Assembly (NCBI RefSeq): GCF_036321535.1
Contig: NC_087437.1
Span: 18,044,001 to 18,108,000, forward strand
Direction of reading: 5' to 3'
Length of the DNA stretch: 64,000 nucleotides
DNA from: Camelus dromedarius
Lineage: Eukaryota
Position 1 is the stretch's first letter; the number at the start of each line of letters is the position of its first letter. The notes beneath the pieces were generated by a model. It searched no databases and was not told the DNA's origin. It was given only the letters and a program-made list of their open reading frames with translations. A program made the translations under genes and the position numbers. Of this stretch, positions 52,201 to 64,000 are shown piece after piece.

Positions 52201-53049
52201 TTTGTCTCACCATGTTTAAGGGTGGAGATGAGCATCTTTCTTAGAAGCTGGATAGGGGTTTAGGTTTGAACTGTATGGCGCGCAGAAGGTTCCATCTGTA
52301 CCATGGCATCCTGTTCTCCCACGGGCCTTACACTGGCCTCCCCTCCTGCCTGCCTGCCCCCAGGGTCACTCAAATAGCCTCCTGACCTGATTCCTGCCTC
52401 CCGCACTGCCTGTGGCTACCAGCCCTACTGAGTCCCTCATGTGCTTCCAAAGGCCCCAAAGCCTGCAACCCCGGCCCCGGTGACTAGGTCCCTAATCCAA
52501 TTTTTCTCCCTGACCCCAGATCTTCCCTTTCTTGCACTCATTGCAGGCAAACTGCAGCTCATCCCGTCCTCCACCTTACACTGTCCTGTGCACGTGCCCT
52601 TCCCTCTGCCCACACCACCGCCGCCGGGCCAGATCTGCCCTTCCTCCAGCCAGGGACTGTCTCCTTCACGACATTTCCTCCACGCTTTCCAGCTGGAAGT
52701 GCTCGCTCCCGCCCCTCGTGTGCTGTGAGCTCCATCTCTGTTTGTCCAGGGCACTGACCAGTCTTAACCTGGTGGGACGCATTTCTAATTCCCTAAATAA
52801 CGCATGAATATAGTCTCCTTTGAGAAACTGGAACACCACAGATAAAGTTTAAACCTCTTCACTTCCATCCTCATCCCTTCTCTACTCCCCAGGGGTAATC
52901 ATGCTGATGAGTTTGGTGTGTTTTCCTTTTAGGTTTATATCTGCTTCTACATATTTATATACATATATAAATATATATAAACATACAGCATGTATAATTA
53001 TATACAGACATTTAATGCTGCAACTCGCCTTTTTAGCCCAGCATTGCTT

Positions 53050-53618
53050 TTTTTGTTTCTGTTTTATGTTTTTAATTGAAGTATAGTCTATTTACAATGT
53101 TGTATTAGTTTCTGGTGTACAGCATAGTGTTTCAGTTTTGTGTGTGTGTGTATGTGTGTTTGTATTCCTTTTCATGTTGTTTTTCAATATAGGCTATTAA
53201 AAGTATTGAATATAGTTCCCTGTGCTATACAGTAGGACCTTGCTGTTTATCTACCTTATATATAGTGGTTAGTATGTGCTAATCCTGAGCTCCCAGTTTA
53301 TCCGTCCAACCCCACCTTTCCCCCATTAACCATAAGGTTTTTATGTCTGTGAGTCTGTTTCTGTTTTGTGAATAAATTCATTTGTGTCATCTTTTTAGAT
53401 TCTACATATGAGTAATATCATATGGTATTTTTCTTTCTCTTTCTGACTTACTTCATTTGGTATGATAATCTCTAGGTCCATCCATGTTGCTGCAAATTGC
53501 ATTTTATTCCTTTTTATGGCTGAGTAGTATTCCATATATATACCACATCTTCTTTATCCAGTCATCTGTGGATGGTCATTTAGGTTTCTTCCATATCTTG
53601 GCTCTTATAAATAGTGGC
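53050..53618 (-). mobile_element. 5'-truncated L1 3' end
   Basis: aattgaagtatagtc...ccacatcttctttatccagtcatctgt; agcattg on both flanks. Confidence 0.88.
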
Positions 53619-54919
53619 ATAGCATTGTTATTTGAGACCTGCCCATGCTGATTCAAATAGATTTAGAGATTGGCCTTTCATTACTCTGTGGGATTGCATC
53701 ATATGACAATACTTCATATTTTATTTAGCCTGTCTTCTATTTGTGGATATTCTGTTCCCTTTGCCTGAGACATTCTCCTGCCAGAAGCCCAGTTAACTAA
53801 CATCCTAAATAACTAACATGTCAAAGTCTCTTCTGACACTGCCACCCCAGCCCAACCCTGCCCTGAACTGAGCATCCTGGCCCTCCTCTGTCACCACCCC
53901 TCAGTTCAAGGTGCTGGGAAGACTGGCACCCAGATACATCCCCCTGTCATGTAGCTGCTTCTTCCTCGAAAGCCCTGGTATCTGATGGGCCAAAGCACTG
54001 GAGGCTCAGCCTGCACCCCACACACTGACCAATGTGTTTGCCTGGCAAGGGCAGCCCTCTCTTTCTCACTCTCCAAAGAGCCAAGGGGCTGACTTTTAAA
54101 ATAACAACACTTTCAGAAATTGGTGTGCACTTCTGTGTTTTCACGGGAGCTCCTGGAGGGTGGCCATACGTCACTGTGTCTCAGGAGCCCAGCGCAGAGA
54201 CCAGAGGTGGCAGGTCCTCAGTAAACAGATGCTGAATCAGTGTGTCTTCTGCAAGTTCCTTGAAGCCAAGATTTGTATCTGACTCATTTGACGCTCCCTC
54301 GAAGGTCTTACATGAGGCTTTACCAATGTAGGCTCAACAAATAATGAGTAAGTGTCAAAACAACAAGTCAAGTTGGCCACTCAGACAAAGAGCCACTCTC
54401 TTCAGAGAAATGAGTGGAAGGGAACTGCAAAGTGAGTCAGTCACTCTCTGGTATAACCAAGGGGGGGAAAAGGAATTTCAGAGTAGAGGAAAGACCAGCT
54501 GTTGACCCTGCCCCAGCAGTGATGGCGGGATGCTGGGCTGAGCCTGGACCTGTCCTGGGCTCCAAACAGCACAGGGCTCGGAACCCGGGCCTGGCACCTC
54601 TCTCAGTGATGGGAGCCGCTTTTCCTGAACGGACGAGGACAGGAGCTCTCGGCCAGCGGTGTGGTTTACAAAGACACTTAAAAAAAGAGTGGCTGGCCTG
54701 AGGTTCTGCTGGCCTGTCCTGTGTCAGCATACAGAGTCCCACATGGCTGTGAGGAGGTCTTTGAGCCCTGCTCTCAGCCTGGCCTTGGCCTTGGCCGCCC
54801 CACCCTGCTCCGGGGTCTGCAGCGCTCTGCCCTGGCTCTCAGAGACCTCCCCTCCATTTCAGGGAGGTAAGTGCTAGCTCTCAAAAGAGCTTTCCTAAAA
54901 GGGCTCGCTAGGTGTTTAC

Positions 54920-55430
54920 GAGTCTTCTGTAGCGGGTTCCCATGAAAACTCCAGTGATCGCCCCCCGCCACCGCCTCCTTCCAGGCCTCCAGGATAAAGA
55001 TCTAACTCAAGCTGTCCCTGAGCTGGTTCCTGCTTCATCTGACCACACTGGCCCCTGCCGTCTACCCGTCAGCAGCTCTGGACTCACAGAGCTCCTTGGC
55101 TGCATCTTGTGCTCTCTCGACTCAGAGCTTCTGCACCTGCAGTTCCTTCTGCCTGGAACACGCTTCCCCTACACTCCACATGGCCTCAGGCATCTTTTCT
55201 CAGATCTCAGCCTTTCCTGAACAAGCCTCCCTGTCTCGGTGAGGTCACCTCGCTCTACAATTCTATACACCCTGTGCATCCCAGTCTGAGCCTGATGAGC
55301 ATTATTACTAGTTTAATAGTGCACCATAAGCTCTCTAAGGCCAGAAAACATATCAGTCTGGGTACCTCTGGTATCCCAGGTGCCTAGCACAGTGCCTGAC
55401 CTAGAGTAAGTGCTCACCAGTCAGTGAAGA
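54920..55430 (+). mobile_element. L2 3' region
   Basis: gcagttccttctgcctggaacacgcttccc...gtgcctagcacagtgcctgacctagagtaagtgctca. Confidence 0.75.
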
Positions 55431-56242
55431 CGTAAATGGAAGAGTGCCCTCCCCTGCCCCTGATCCAACAGCACCTCCAGGAACGAGTTCTCCCAGAGCC
55501 CTTCTCTTGGTTAAGAATCCCTGGGGGCTTCTGATTTAGAGTCTTTTCCTTGAGGGCTGCACTATGTTTTAAGAAAATGCCTATTCCCAGCTGCACAGTT
55601 TAGGTACATAAAATTTGCGTATTGCAATAAATACTTGGCCTCATGAATTTCTAGCCTGTTAAATAACAGAACTTAAAATGCTAGGTAAGCATGTAAAAGA
55701 AGATAGCATCATAAATACAAGAAAATTACAGGTTGGTGATTTTTTTTTCCCTTTGATCTTGTAACTTTCTACCAGACGAAAGAGTGATTGCCTGCGAGAG
55801 AGTCTTGGGTAGAGTTTTTCCTTGCCTTGCTTGCCACTGACCAGTTTGGGGCACGGAGGTGAGCACCCACTTCAGCAGACACCAACTAGGGTGATGGCTT
55901 CCCAGTTCACAAATCTCCCTTCTCTAGGAATGTTCTCAGACAAAGTGGTGGGCAAATCAGGACTACATCCGTGCTATGTGAAGGGGACTGTTGGAAGGAT
56001 AGACCCTTGACCCAAGCAGGGCAAAATTCATCTCTCTTCTGGAATCTGAAATTTAAATATTTCTATATACCCAGAGACTGGAGTAGTGGAGTGGAGTTAA
56101 CATAATGGTGGCCCCTAGAGAGGCGGTTCCCAGAGCCTGCTGCCAAAGCCTCCCAAACTTCTTGCCCTGGCTCTTGCGTTTTCTGAGATCTGAATTCATT
56201 CTTAATCCTGTGAGTCACCCACAATCCTTTCCATACTTTATC

Positions 56243-56836
56243 TTTTTTTTTTTTAATTAAAGTATAGCGGTTTACAATGTTGTATTAATTTCTGGTGTAC
56301 AGCATAGTGATTCAGTTATACGTAAATACATACATATATATTCCTTTTCATGTTCTTTTTCATTATAGGCCATTACAAGATATTGAATATAGATATTGAA
56401 TACAAGATATTGAACAGTAGGACCTTGTTGTTTAACTATTTTATATAGAGAACCTAGTATCTGCAAATCCTGAATTCCCAATTTATCCCTCCATCCTCCC
56501 CTTCCCCCCTGGTAACCACAAATTTGTTTTCTATGTCTGTGAGTCTGTTTCTGTTTTTTAAATAAGTTTATTTGTGTCACTTTTTAAGATTCCACATATA
56601 AGTGATATCACATGGTATTTGTCTTTAGGTTTCTGGCTTACTTCACTTACTATGACAATCTCCGGGCCCATCCATGTTGCTGCAAATGGCATTATTTTAT
56701 TCTCTTTTGTGGCTGAATAATATATATATACACACCACATCTTCTTTATCCAGTCATCTGTCGATGGACACTTAGGTTGCTTCCATACCTTGGCTATTGT
56801 AAATAGTGTTGCTATGAACATTGGGGTGCATGTGTC
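56243..56836 (-). mobile_element. 5'-truncated L1 (ORF2 C-terminus plus 3' UTR)
   Basis: ORF 56558-56821(-) [29 protein letters not shown]; poly-T at ~56243. Confidence 0.9.
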
Positions 56837-58739
56837 TTCATTATCCTTTTTGACAGACTAATGTCTCCATTCCAGGTTAGAGGTAGGATTTCACTGGTCA
56901 AACATTCTCTCATTCTCTGAAGGGAGCTGAGTCCCAGCCTGACCTGGAGATGGTGGAGCTCAGCTGGATGGGTCAGTGGCTGTCTGTCACCCAAGATTCC
57001 CTGGCACTTGGGCAAGATGGAGAAACAACAGAGGCTCAGCTCTCTAGAGCTCAGAGGGAAGGCTTGTTCTATGCAAGAAAGAACATTTGACTTGCCTTTC
57101 TGACAACCATTTGGTCCTAAAAGTAGACGAACAATGAACACAATTGCTAATTTCAAGTTTGCTAATCAGCATGAGAGAAAAAAACAAATCAGCGGTGGTG
57201 AGGAATGTCCTCATGGCTTCAGTCACGTAACCAAAGTGGTGCCCGGGACTTCAGGAAATCAAGCACCTAAACATTCTGAGGAAAGACAGCCATGGCTGTC
57301 GAGCTATGCCTTGCAAGGAAATGTGGCTTAAGAGGCTTTTAAAAAATGAAAATGTAACTATAAAATCACAAATAACTACAAAGACAAAGAAAAAGGAAAG
57401 ATGACTAGAGAAGCAGCATGGTTTCAGAGGGAACTCCCCAGTAAGCTCAGATTCTAAATATGAAAGGACATGGTCCCCACCCTCAAGGACATCGCAGTCT
57501 GGTGGAGAAGACAAAACTCTTGACCTAATAAATCAAACCCAAAGGGGAGAGAGCTGAGAACCCTGGGAGAGGGCCAAGCCACCGGCTCCTGGGAGTGGGA
57601 GGTGACAGCAGCCACTTCCAGCTGAAGTGATAGGATCTTGTCCTGGTCACTATCTGTTTCCTGTAGACTAGGTCAGGTCCCTGATCACATATTTATTCTT
57701 GTGCTTTGGGGCACACAGTAAGTACCCAGTACATACTCTTTGGACCCACCATCCCCCTGGAGAGTGCTAGCGTTAGTAGAGCCTTACGGTGTTTATTTAT
57801 TCCCTGCTAATGAAAGGCACCTTGTGGACATTACCTCATTCCTTCTTTACACTATGTCTATGGGTAAGTTGTGTTCTTCCCACTTCACAGACAAGAGAAC
57901 CATCCTCTGGAAGAGATAAGATGACCTGCCCAAGACCACACAGCTAACTCCGTCCTCAATGGTGGAGTCAGGACACTGAAGTCTCCCTGTTCTGCTCTCT
58001 GCTTCTCGGGAGACATTGCAGAATGTCAACTCCAACTCCTCGTTTTACCTGCAGCCAGGGATACAGGGTCCCCAGACAGGCAAACTCAAAAAGGTCCTCA
58101 GTCCACAGAGGCGTAGAGGGAGAGCCCAATGCTGGAACTGCAGCTGCCTCCTCCGAGGAAGAGCAGCGTTATTGAGATGTTGAGTTGAAAGCTCAGTCTT
58201 AGTAAGACTGACGCCCGCCTGACTCCAGCCAGGCTTCTGTTCTCCCTGGCGGTTTACCCGTCCTGGCTACCTGGCTCTCAACCTGCCCATCAGAACAGCT
58301 CACTCTGTGCCTGCACATACGTCTCTACCACTGTTTGTCATTTGTTTTCATCCATCAACTGCCACTGTTGCTTCTTCATTAAACTTTTAAGTCCTTGAGG
58401 CCAGCAACTCTAACAGAATTCCTCAATACATGTTTGTTAAATAAAATTCTTGCTGTTTTGAGAAGATGTAAGACCCTATTTTATTAGTACTTAGAAAAAG
58501 AGCTCATTTTGTAAAGCTTCTTCAGAATGCTACAGGAGATGCGTTAGGACTGCTCTGTCTGCTCTCACCCCAGCTTGAAAGAACATAAAATCTAGTTCTT
58601 GCTTAGAGTTTTCCATTGGCTTCTTCTAGCCTAGTCCATTACCCAAAGCCTTTCTTGTCAGCTTGATATGAGATTCTTCCCACAAAGACAGAAAACATTA
58701 AAACTCCAAATAAAAGATTTTGCAAAATCATCATATTGC

Positions 58740-59160
58740 TCCACCAACTGAAGAACAGTTAAACAAAATGTGGTTTATCCACTAATAGAATATTATTTGA
58801 CCCTAAAAAGAAAGGAAGTACCTAGTCATGCTACCGCACAGATGAACCTTGGAAACATGCTAACTGAAAAAAGTCAGGCACAAAAGGCCACATATTCTAT
58901 GATTCCTTTTATATGAAATGTCCAGCGTTGGCAAATCTACAGAGATGGAAAGTAGATAAATGGTTACCTTGAGTTGGGAGAGCACCCGGATGCTTTGGGG
59001 GATGATAAAAATGTAAAATGTAAAATGTATTGCAGTGAGAGTTGCACAACTCTGTGAACATACTGAAAACCATTGAATTGTGTACTTTAGTGAGTGAATT
59101 GTGTGGTGTGTGAATTATATCTCAATAAAGCTGTTACAAAAAAATGTTTTTTAAAAAAAT
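58740..59160 (+). mobile_element. L1MB-like 3' end
   Basis: aaacaaaatgtggtttatcca...gattccttttatatgaaatgtccag...gaattatatctcaataaagctgtt. Confidence 0.8.
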
Positions 59161-60605
59161 CAGTCATTTCATTAACTGAATGTGTTTCCCATGTTAGCTT
59201 TGCCCCTCAGACCAAGCCTGACAGAAAAAGCTTCACAAAAATCTGGGCCCTGCCCGATTCTGCAACCCTGACTTTAGTTCATGCAGGAAGTGTTGCCTTT
59301 ATTTCGCTTGGATTAATAAAACAAAGGGTTTTCTGTCTTCACCTGGAAAGATGGGTAGCAAGGCAGACAGCATCGTTTAGGGGGTGCCAGGACCCTTAAT
59401 GAAAGGCCAGGTTCCACTATCCACTCAAGAGGGATTGAAACGGGCCCCTGGGTAAACCTAAGATTGGGACAGACCAGAGAGATGAAAAATTAGGAGATCA
59501 AATCTGTGATCCACAGGCCTTGAAAACAGCCAGGTAAAGCTAATCTCACTGTCATGGCGTCCGTTGTTGCCTCTTTCCTTATTAAAGGAGACTTTCATGT
59601 GGTGTTAACTTTAAAACGCGACTAACAAACTAATTGCCACTTCTGTATTTGAAATTTTTTTTTGTCCTAGACTACAAAAGACAGCTGAGTTTCCACTCAC
59701 ACCATAAATCGTAGGCTTGTTACTGACGAATTACTCCAGCTGTGTGTGCATGGAGGTGGGTGGGTGTGTTTAAATACAGCTCACATTTCACTAATTCTGC
59801 CCACTTCCTGGAAGCGCTCTGTTAGGTGGTCATAGCGATCAAGCGCCAAAGGCTTCCCTGAGACTTGTTGGACAAGCAGCATTCAGGCGAGGAGGGGAGA
59901 GATGGTGGGATTCAAGCAACGTGAATAATAAAGCTTTGAAGCTGGGAGGGCGGCTTGCGGAGCTGATGCATAATTCATCAGGCAAATTAATCAAGTCCCC
60001 TTTCCTATGCCCATTGCAATTACAGGGAACACGCAGAGTCATCAGCTTTCTCGCCCTTCCTCCGCCCCTTCCCGGCCCGGCAGCTCCGGGAGAAGCGTGA
60101 GGATGGCTCTGGATGAGTCCCTGGCTGCTGCGGGGCTCGCGTCCGGGGCAGAGCAGCCCTGGGATCCAGGGTCCCTCCGCCTCGGCAGGGCTAGGTTTTC
60201 TCCGACTGGTGGGGACCTGGGGGAAGCACAGGCAGGGGTTTGGTGTGCAGCAGAGCAGAGAGTGGGGACAATTAGTTTTCTTCATGCTTGGCTGAGCCTC
60301 AGTGTAGGGATGGACCGGCTTAGAGGGTGAGGCAGATCGCAGATAATAGAAGCTTCATTTCCAACTGACCCTCGGAGCGTCGCTGGGCCCGGCCCAGGAG
60401 GAGAGAACAATGCCCACCCCTTGAGAGACCTCCGTGCTGAATGCCGTGAGCTCCAACCAAACCATGGGGCAAAAACAAAAGCAACACAGGGCTCTGCCTT
60501 GAAATGGTATCTGCAGTCCCCACCAAAAGGAAAAGAGAAAGGGTCCATTGAGGACAGAAAATAAAGCCTGGTAATGAAACATATTTCTCGCACAAGCAAG
60601 AAGCA

Positions 60606-60606
<1 letters not shown>

Positions 60607-60637
<31 letters not shown>
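60607..60637. repeat. (CA)n microsatellite
   Basis: Directly visible, about 15 units. Confidence 0.95.
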
Positions 60638-60638
<1 letters not shown>

Positions 60639-60887
60639 CGTATACACACCGGCCATTGTGTAGTTAAGCTTTTGGCCCTGGGATCTGTCTCCAGGCAGTG
60701 AAAGAACGAAGCCTCCAATAGAAGCGCCCTCACTGCGTAGCCTTCTAGCTGTGGTGTGAGTCACCGAAAAGGACCCCTGATGAGTGACTTGAGGTCAATA
60801 CCAAGCACCAAGGGAAGAAGCAAACAAAAAAGTTTTCATCTCAGAGAGAAGTGAAGCACCCCTACCATTGGTGCTTTTAAGCTTCTT

Positions 60888-61376
60888 TTCAGGTTATCTG
60901 TTACTATGTAATAAACCACCCAAATCTCAGTAACTGAAAACAACATTTTATGATGTATGTTACATGTTCTGGGGTCCGAATTTCAGTCAAGGGTGGGTTG
61001 GATAATTCACTGGCTCCAGGTAATATCAGTTGAGGTCACTTGATGGTGTTCAGCTGGCATCTGGGCTGGGCTGGAGGGTCCAAGATGGCTTTAATTCTTG
61101 ATCCTGTGTCTAAGAAGAGACAGCTGGGAGGCTGGGCTCGGCTGGGACTGTCCACCAGAGCACCTACTGTGGCCTCTCCAGCATGGCAGCTCGGGGCTCC
61201 CAGAGAGAATACTCCTGGCTCTGGAAACTGGCATAGCACCACTTCCACCATATTTATTTATGTATTTATTTTTACCATAGTCTATGAATCAACGCTCTCT
61301 CAGAACTTCCAGGGGAGGAACCTAGATCTCACCCCTCCACTGGAGGAGTAAATATGCAGTCATCTTTAAACCACCA
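60888..61376 (-). mobile_element. MLT1-family LTR
   Basis: tatctgttactatgtaataaaccacccaaatctcag...ggctggagggtccaagatggct; approximate. Confidence 0.7.
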
Positions 61377-61981
61377 AGCATTTCCTCATTGTGGGAAAGC
61401 AGAAAGAGAAAAACTAGGTTATCCCAATGCGACATGTGGCATTTGGGAACATTAAAAGAAGCAAAGAAAATCACCCTGACATTTACTGCCCAACAAGGCA
61501 AGTCCCAAGTTTCTGGAAGGGCAGGCCTGGGTGAAGCTCGGAGGAGGTATAGGATGGGGGAAGGGGTGGAAGGAGACGTCTTCAAGTAAATTTCCCCGAT
61601 CTCTACCTCAGTGGTTTTCTCTTTTTCTGAATTTGCCTTAAACTCATGGTCAACTTCCTCTAGTTTTGTACATAAATGATCATTTTGCAATGGCTGCAGG
61701 CTCTAAAGTATTTATTTCTTCAATGAATTAAAGAATCTAAGTGGGCTTCTGGAGGGCAGAAATTCATCTTAAACTTCTTCTTTGTACTTACCAAGTAGTC
61801 CACAAGAAGGGCACACAGCAGACTCACTGTTTTTGTGTTTATTTTTCTTCAGTTTCTTATGACTCCTCCACCCTGATGTAAGTTATTGGAAGGAAATTTC
61901 ACTACAAGGTAGTCTGCCTTCTACAGCCTTGTTTGGCCCATCCATTCTTTCTGGGTGTTTTCCTTCTATCTCATGGGATGG

Positions 61982-62330
61982 GGATATGGTCTGAATAGCT
62001 GTGTCCCCCCAAAATTCACATTTTGAAATCCTAACTCCCCTGGGTGATATTAGGAGGTGGCACCTTTGGGAGGTAGTTTGGTCAAGAGGATGGAACCCTC
62101 ATGGTTGGGATTAGTGTCCTTATAAAAAGAGACCCCAGGAAGCTTTCTTGTCCCTTCCGCCATGTGAAGACACAGGGAGAAGCTGAGTATCCATGAACAA
62201 GGAAGCAGACACCAGATCTGCCACCATCTTGATCTTGAACTTCCCAGCCTCTATGAGAAGCAAATTCCTGTTGTTTGTAAGTCTCCCAGTCTAGGGTATT
62301 TTGTGATAACAACCCAAACGAACTAGAACA
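61982..62330 (+). mobile_element. MLT1A-like MaLR solo LTR
   Basis: tatggtctgaatag..ccccaaaattca...aactagaaca; TSD GATGG (61977-61981, 62331-62335). Confidence 0.88.
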
Positions 62331-63699
62331 GATGGTTTTCTCTTCCAACCCTATGTTTTACACTTTGAGGAAACTGTTCAATATCTCCTGTTTACAAGAT
62401 TTGGTTTCATGGGAACTGTTGCGGTTTCCAGGCCCCATTCACTCATGGAAGGCTGGGCAGGGACTCTGATGACACAGCCACGGGGGAATGACTAGCAGAA
62501 GAGCTGGGAGATTCGCCCCTTTTGTTAGTGCTTTGCATCTGTCAAATGCCAATTCAGACTTCTATCAAAAGGCATATTTAAAAGGATATGTGTTACGGAA
62601 ATTTGTTATCCATGCATTTTCAATGAAAGCCAATTCTATTAACTCCTCCGAAGCCCATGCTTTATAGCTGGGCTTTTAGGAGCAAGCCTTGAATAAACTT
62701 TTCAGTGATTTCACAACACTGCCATTATGGCTGTTCCATTATGAATAAGATGAACATTTTCTTGAACAATTAGACGGGGTTGTGTAGAATAAAGAGTGAG
62801 GTTTGTCGGAGATCACGGAAACCTATCTGCTTAGGTGATTCATTTTCTCCCAACAAGGCAGCCCATAATAAGCTTTTCTTCTGGAGCCTTGTCTTGCTTC
62901 CCATTTCAATTAGTGACAATGACTGGAGAACAGGAGGAATATCTTCTTCATGTCCTTGGGCGGCAAACAAGGCTGGCCAGTGAAGAACAACGAGGGAGGG
63001 GAGGGGGCGCAGCGTGGGGGCAGGGGCGCAGCTGCAAGAAAACCAGCCTGCTTTCCCAGAGAGACTCCGCCGTGCTGGGGTGGGGTGTGGAGGAATCAGG
63101 TGGCAGAGCTAAAATGGGGAAGAAAGCCTCTGGGGCTTGGGTATAACCCAGCAGGGGTCAGGGGCGCCTCAGGCAGAGCAGTAGGCATAACACGACACTC
63201 AGCATCACTGCCTCACTCCACGACCAAGGCTGGTCTTATCCTTGACCCTGGCCCCTGAAATCTGGGACATATTGAACTGCCACACTTTCTACAAGTCCTC
63301 TGTGCATGTCTCGTTTCCTGACCCAGTTCTGCCCCATTGCTGTTTTGTACACAGAGGGTTTCCTCGTTCCCCGCCACCGGGCGGGTCCACTGATCATTCT
63401 TTGAGAGGTGATGTCAAGGTGAGAGAATCCAATATCACAAATTCATTCATTCATTCTCTCATTGAATCACTACTTCCTGGTACTTACCATCTACGCTGAT
63501 TTCTGGGCATCCCAACCATGGAGCCAGCAACTAGAGGCGAGCATTCTGCCTTTTTGTGTCTGCTCTCTCCTCCTCCAATACGGTCCCTTGTCCCCTGTAT
63601 CTAGAAATGGTTCATCTTTGACAAGCACTGACACTTGCCTCTCCATTATAGACCCTGTTTTGGGCACCTGCAATACTATTGTGACCAGGACACCACTCT

Positions 63700-64000
63700 A
63701 GGGTTAGTCTCCTGGGGCCCCTGTAACAAAGGGTCACAAACTGTAGGGTTGAAAACAACAGAAATTTATTCTCTTGCAGGTCTGGAGGCTGAGAAGTCCA
63801 AAATCAAGGTGTCAGCAGGGCCACCCTCTCTCCAAAAGCTCTTGGTGAGGAAGGAGCGCATCCTTCCTTGCCTCTTCCGAGTTTCTGTGGTTTGCCGGCA
63901 ATCCCTGTTACTCCTGGCCTTGCTAATGCACCGCTCCATTCTCTGCCACCATCATCATGGGACGCTGTCTCTTCAAATCGTCTTCCTTCTGCGTGTCCAC
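63700..64000 (-). mobile_element. MLT1C-like LTR (runs off window)
   Basis: aaacaacagaaatttattctcttgcagg...gtccaaaatcaaggtgtcagcagggcca. Confidence 0.8.

Noticed and set aside
59839..60764. Cluster of 100-160-aa ORFs
   Set aside because: GC-rich, stop-poor sequence plus a (CA)n tract giving VCVC runs; no coherent protein.
1..64000. CRISPR array, operon or prokaryotic defence system
   Set aside because: The sequence is eutherian repeat-rich DNA with no regularly spaced direct repeats or dense coding regions.

Overview
Mammalian nuclear DNA, most likely camelid (alpaca/camel). The species call rests on Vic-1-like tRNA-derived SINEs and camelid-type L1 3' ends, both recognised from memory. I recognise no host protein-coding gene. 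The longer ORFs in the track are L1 ORF2/ORF1 remnants, antisense readings of repeats, or chance ORFs. A large share of the window is interspersed repeats: young and old L1, L2, MIR, MLT1/ERVL LTRs, and Tigger/hAT DNA-transposon fossils, many with readable target-site duplications (TSDs). Repeat-poor, enhancer-like blocks lie between them. The best-supported unusual items are atypical L1-mediated retrotranspositions: (1) a tailless pre-tRNA-Lys(UUU) copy with leader and long trailer inside a perfect 17-bp TSD; (2) an orphan polyadenylated retrocopy that begins with an ERV-LTR-like end; (3) an L1 3' transduction; (4) a prematurely polyadenylated L1. More speculative are a CpG-rich exon-like open frame at ~46.9-47.2 kb and several minus-strand exon-like segments. 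I cannot support a new multi-gene system. Repeat subfamily names come from recalled consensus sequences, and boundaries without TSDs are approximate.
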